The notes below the pieces were generated by a model that saw nothing but the letters and a program-made list of their open reading frames with translations, made no database searches and was not told where the DNA came from. A stretch of DNA of 64,000 nucleotides from Octopus bimaculoides (Eukaryota): contig NC_068998.1 of assembly GCF_001194135.2 (NCBI RefSeq), positions 54,246,313 through 54,310,312 of the forward strand, given 5' to 3'. Position numbers and translations under genes: made by a program. Positions 60,761 through 64,000 of this stretch are shown piece after piece (the first letter of the stretch is position 1; the number at the start of each line of letters is the position of its first letter).

Positions 60761-63700
60761 AAGTTGTATCAGGAAAATTATGAGGACAGTTCAAAAAAGA
60801 ATCTAATGGAATATTAGAATCTCTATGGAAGAATGTGAAGTTCATTGTGACAAAATGTAACTATATATATATATATATATATAAATGTATATACATACAT
60901 ATATATATATATAAGCAGCTGGAAAATATATATATATATATATATATATATAANNNNNNNNNNTTATTTTCATCTCTGTTCTTTTGGGACTGTTTTGTTT
61001 TTTTGTTATTTGTTTTATTTTTAATGAAATTTCCTTTTTTTTTTTTTCTTTGTTTATATGTTTTTAATTTGAGTTTCTCTATGATTTTTAAAAGCAAAAT
61101 CTCATCCTCGTTCCCCCGCTGATCAGAAATTTTTATGACAAGAGATTTCAAATTTGTGTTTTATGTTTTTGGGGGTCTCCCCACCCCCTATCGTATTTTT
61201 AAACAATGTTGTTTAGGTCTTAAAAGGAAAAAAAAGACAAACCAAAAAATAACATTTTCATCACCACCACCACCACCACCTCTTAAACCTTAATTTTTAC
61301 CTGTATTGGAATTTAACTGTTTTGTTTGTTTTTTAGTGTTGCTGTTTACTCCCTCCTTAGGAATCTCTCTCATTTTTTTTTTCTTTGATAAACTGAAATG
61401 GATAAGGATATTGAGGAAACAAAAAAGGTTTTACAGTTAATTGTAATTATCATTTTCCCTTTCCCTGTCAGGACATTCTATTCTTCTTCTTCTTCTTCTT
61501 GCTGGTGAGAACTGTTTGCACATCAGGCAAAAATGCTTAGTGGCATTTCTTCCAGCTCTTCTGTTCAGAGTTCAAGCTCCACTGAGCCTTTCGTCCTTTC
61601 AGTGTCAGTAAAATGAGCACAAGACGAGCCCTAAGGGGGTCAGCGTAATCAACTGACCCCTTCCACCTCCCATCAAAATCTGCAGCAATTATTATTGAAT
61701 TGGTAGAGCAACAGACAAAATGCCTTGTGGGGGTATTCAGTTTTGGCCCTTTACATTCTGAATTTGAATCCTGCCAAAATCAACTTTGCCGTTTCCATCC
61801 TTCCAAGGATGAAGAACCAATTGGGTTCTGGAATCAGTATGACTGACTGTAGCCCTTCCTGCAAAATCCTGGGCCGTGTGCCTCTCACAAAATATTATTT
61901 CTTTAAATCATTCGAAGGCAGACAATTTGTAGAATCATTGCAACAAAATATCTGGTGGTATTTAGCTGTGGCTCTTGACGTTCTGGGTTCAAACTCCATC
62001 AAGAGCAATTTTGTCTTTTATCCCTCTGGGGGGTAGTTAAAGTACTAGTTGCATACTGGTGTCAATTTAATCAACCCTCAAAATCTCTGGCCTTCTACCA
62101 ATACAAGAAACTGTTATTTGTTTTCTTTTATTTTCTTTTAAATCTCTCATTTCTTTTCATTTCATCATCGAGTCCTTTTCTTATCCTCAGCCTTCCTTCA
62201 ACACTAAATATGTTGTCATTGTTTAGTTCCAGGTCAGCTTTGATCCAGCAGACCTATGAGCAAAGGGCATTCCAGCCATGACCATCCTCATTTTCTTTTT
62301 TCTAAACTCACTTCCTTCCATTATTAAATACATCATTTGTGGGGGGAAAATGTATGTAGTGAGATTTGGCTGCTGTTTCTAGATATTTGTGCAACCATGT
62401 TAAGACACCCTCCACTGAATATATATTAATAGCTGTGTGTTTCATTTTTGTTTCTTCTTGTGGTTGTTTGTGAAGCTGTTTTACTGTGCCTTGTTTTCAT
62501 TCGAACAAGTCTTCTTATATACAACTTTCCTGATTGACAAATCTATTTTATTTATCATAATAACCCACCAGTCTAGTTCGTTTGGTTTTTCTTTTTATTC
62601 CTTTATGAAATTGTTTAAATTCATTGAATTCACATTCATTAGTTTGTATTTCTATTTTGATATTGTATTTTTCTCTTCTTTTTGCGTCTCTCTCTCTCTC
62701 TCTCTTTATAAATATCCCACCTTATCTTCTTTGCTGTTAGAAGATTCCAAAATCTCCTTTATTACCGCTAAACTTATTAGCATAACCTATTTTTCTGTTA
62801 AATTGAGATTTTTGTGTCATGTATCTTTGGGTGTGGAAGCTGTCACATTTACAAGAGCTCTTTATTTATCACTCTCTCTCTCTCTCTATAAATATAAATA
62901 TATAAATATAGATATATATAGTATAAATAAAATTTCCACCTAAATATTCATTTACTTGGCTACACAAATAGTTTGGTTCTTCCAAGATATATATATATAT
63001 ATAAATAAATAAAATACACTAAAGTTAGCTGTATGTGTGTGTTAGTGAATGATACTACTGTATCTCATTTCTTAATACAGTTTATTATTTGTTCATCCTT
63101 CTAGAAAATTTTTAACTGAAAAGAAAAACCATTATTTAATGCTTTTAACCCCCCCCCCCCCNNNNNNNNNNNNNNNNNNNNNNNNNNNNNNNNNNNNNNN
63201 NNNNNNNNNNNNNNNNNNNNNNNNNNNNNNNNNNNNNNNNNNNNNNNNNNNNNNNNNNNNNNNNNNNNNNNNNNNNNNNNNNNNNNNNNCCCCCCCTGAC
63301 ACAACAATTCTTCCCCATTTATTTACAACTGAAAACATTTCTATGGATCCAAATTCCATAAACCTTATTTTATGTTATTCTATTAATTTTGATATATCTA
63401 TATACATGTGTGTGTGTATCTTTTTTATTAGCCAAAGTTGTTGTTTTTTCATTTAATTTTCTCAAACCAAGCCCCCCTTCCATCCCCTCCCAAAAAACTA
63501 GAATATAAAATGTTATTTTTATCAACAGGTTTAAGTTATTTGTGTTAAGATAAAATATATTTTTAAATGTACATTTTTCGAATAGTAAAACAGTGATATT
63601 TATTTTTACAAGTTGTGGTGAACAGGAAGGGAAGTGGGTGTCTTTGAGATAGTAAACTCTTATTTCATGAATAACTGATGAGATTATTTCAATGTAAACA

Positions 63701-64000
63701 ATATTAAACTTTATAAACATCCTAATTTGAGACTCAAAAGCCACGATAAGCTAAGAGCAGCTTAATCAATAACAAGGTTACTCCAGCAAATGGTTGTATA
63801 TAAATATATATCTCAGTTGACTGGTTTAATGGTTGTTTCTCCATGCTAGCATGAGTTGGACGAGAAGCTATTCTGTGGCAGGATTGTAGAGTCAAATGCC
63901 AACTCTTAACTGTTTCTCAGATAAAACATCTGTTTTTAAAGTGATTTGGGGTTCATGGGTTCAATTCCCTCTGCAAGTATACATTCTCTTTTTTTTCCAA

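Noticed and set aside
60157-61151. ORFs rich in YI/IY/VC repeats (also 50178-50883, 57228-57518, 20802-21185)
   Set aside because: They are translations of (TA)n, (CA)n and (CT)n microsatellites.
1-64000. CRISPR arrays, prokaryotic operons or defence systems
   Set aside because: The sequence is eukaryotic and intron-rich. The recurring motifs are dispersed SINEs and microsatellites, not repeat-spacer arrays.

Overview
AT-rich eukaryotic genomic DNA from a draft assembly. It has many N gaps, dense microsatellites and several high-copy SINE families whose style suggests a cephalopod (Octopus-like) genome; that assignment is an inference. The window holds one complete protein-coding gene on the + strand, a UBTD1/UBTD2 (DC-UbP) orthologue with three coding exons (9762-9828, 53012-53248, 59490-59887; 233 aa). 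Its intron 1 is 43.2 kb and its intron 2 is 6.2 kb. On the - strand, 637 bp upstream of the UBTD ATG, lies a first coding exon (9124-9040) that aligns without gaps to the N-terminus of MMS19. This reproduces the head-to-head MMS19/UBTD1 arrangement of the human genome, around a short bidirectional promoter with two identical TGACGTCATC (CRE) sites. No further MMS19 exon was found in 1-9039. The remainder is intronic: tRNA-derived and RTE-tail SINEs, decayed RTE LINE and Tc1/mariner fragments, and microsatellites. The most unusual non-coding signals are a ~500-bp patchy palindrome at 6296-6798 and a tRNA-headed SINE carrying a hammerhead-ribozyme-like core at 39480-39707. Nearly all ORFs in the supplied track are spurious. 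Repeat boundaries are approximate and were read by eye.
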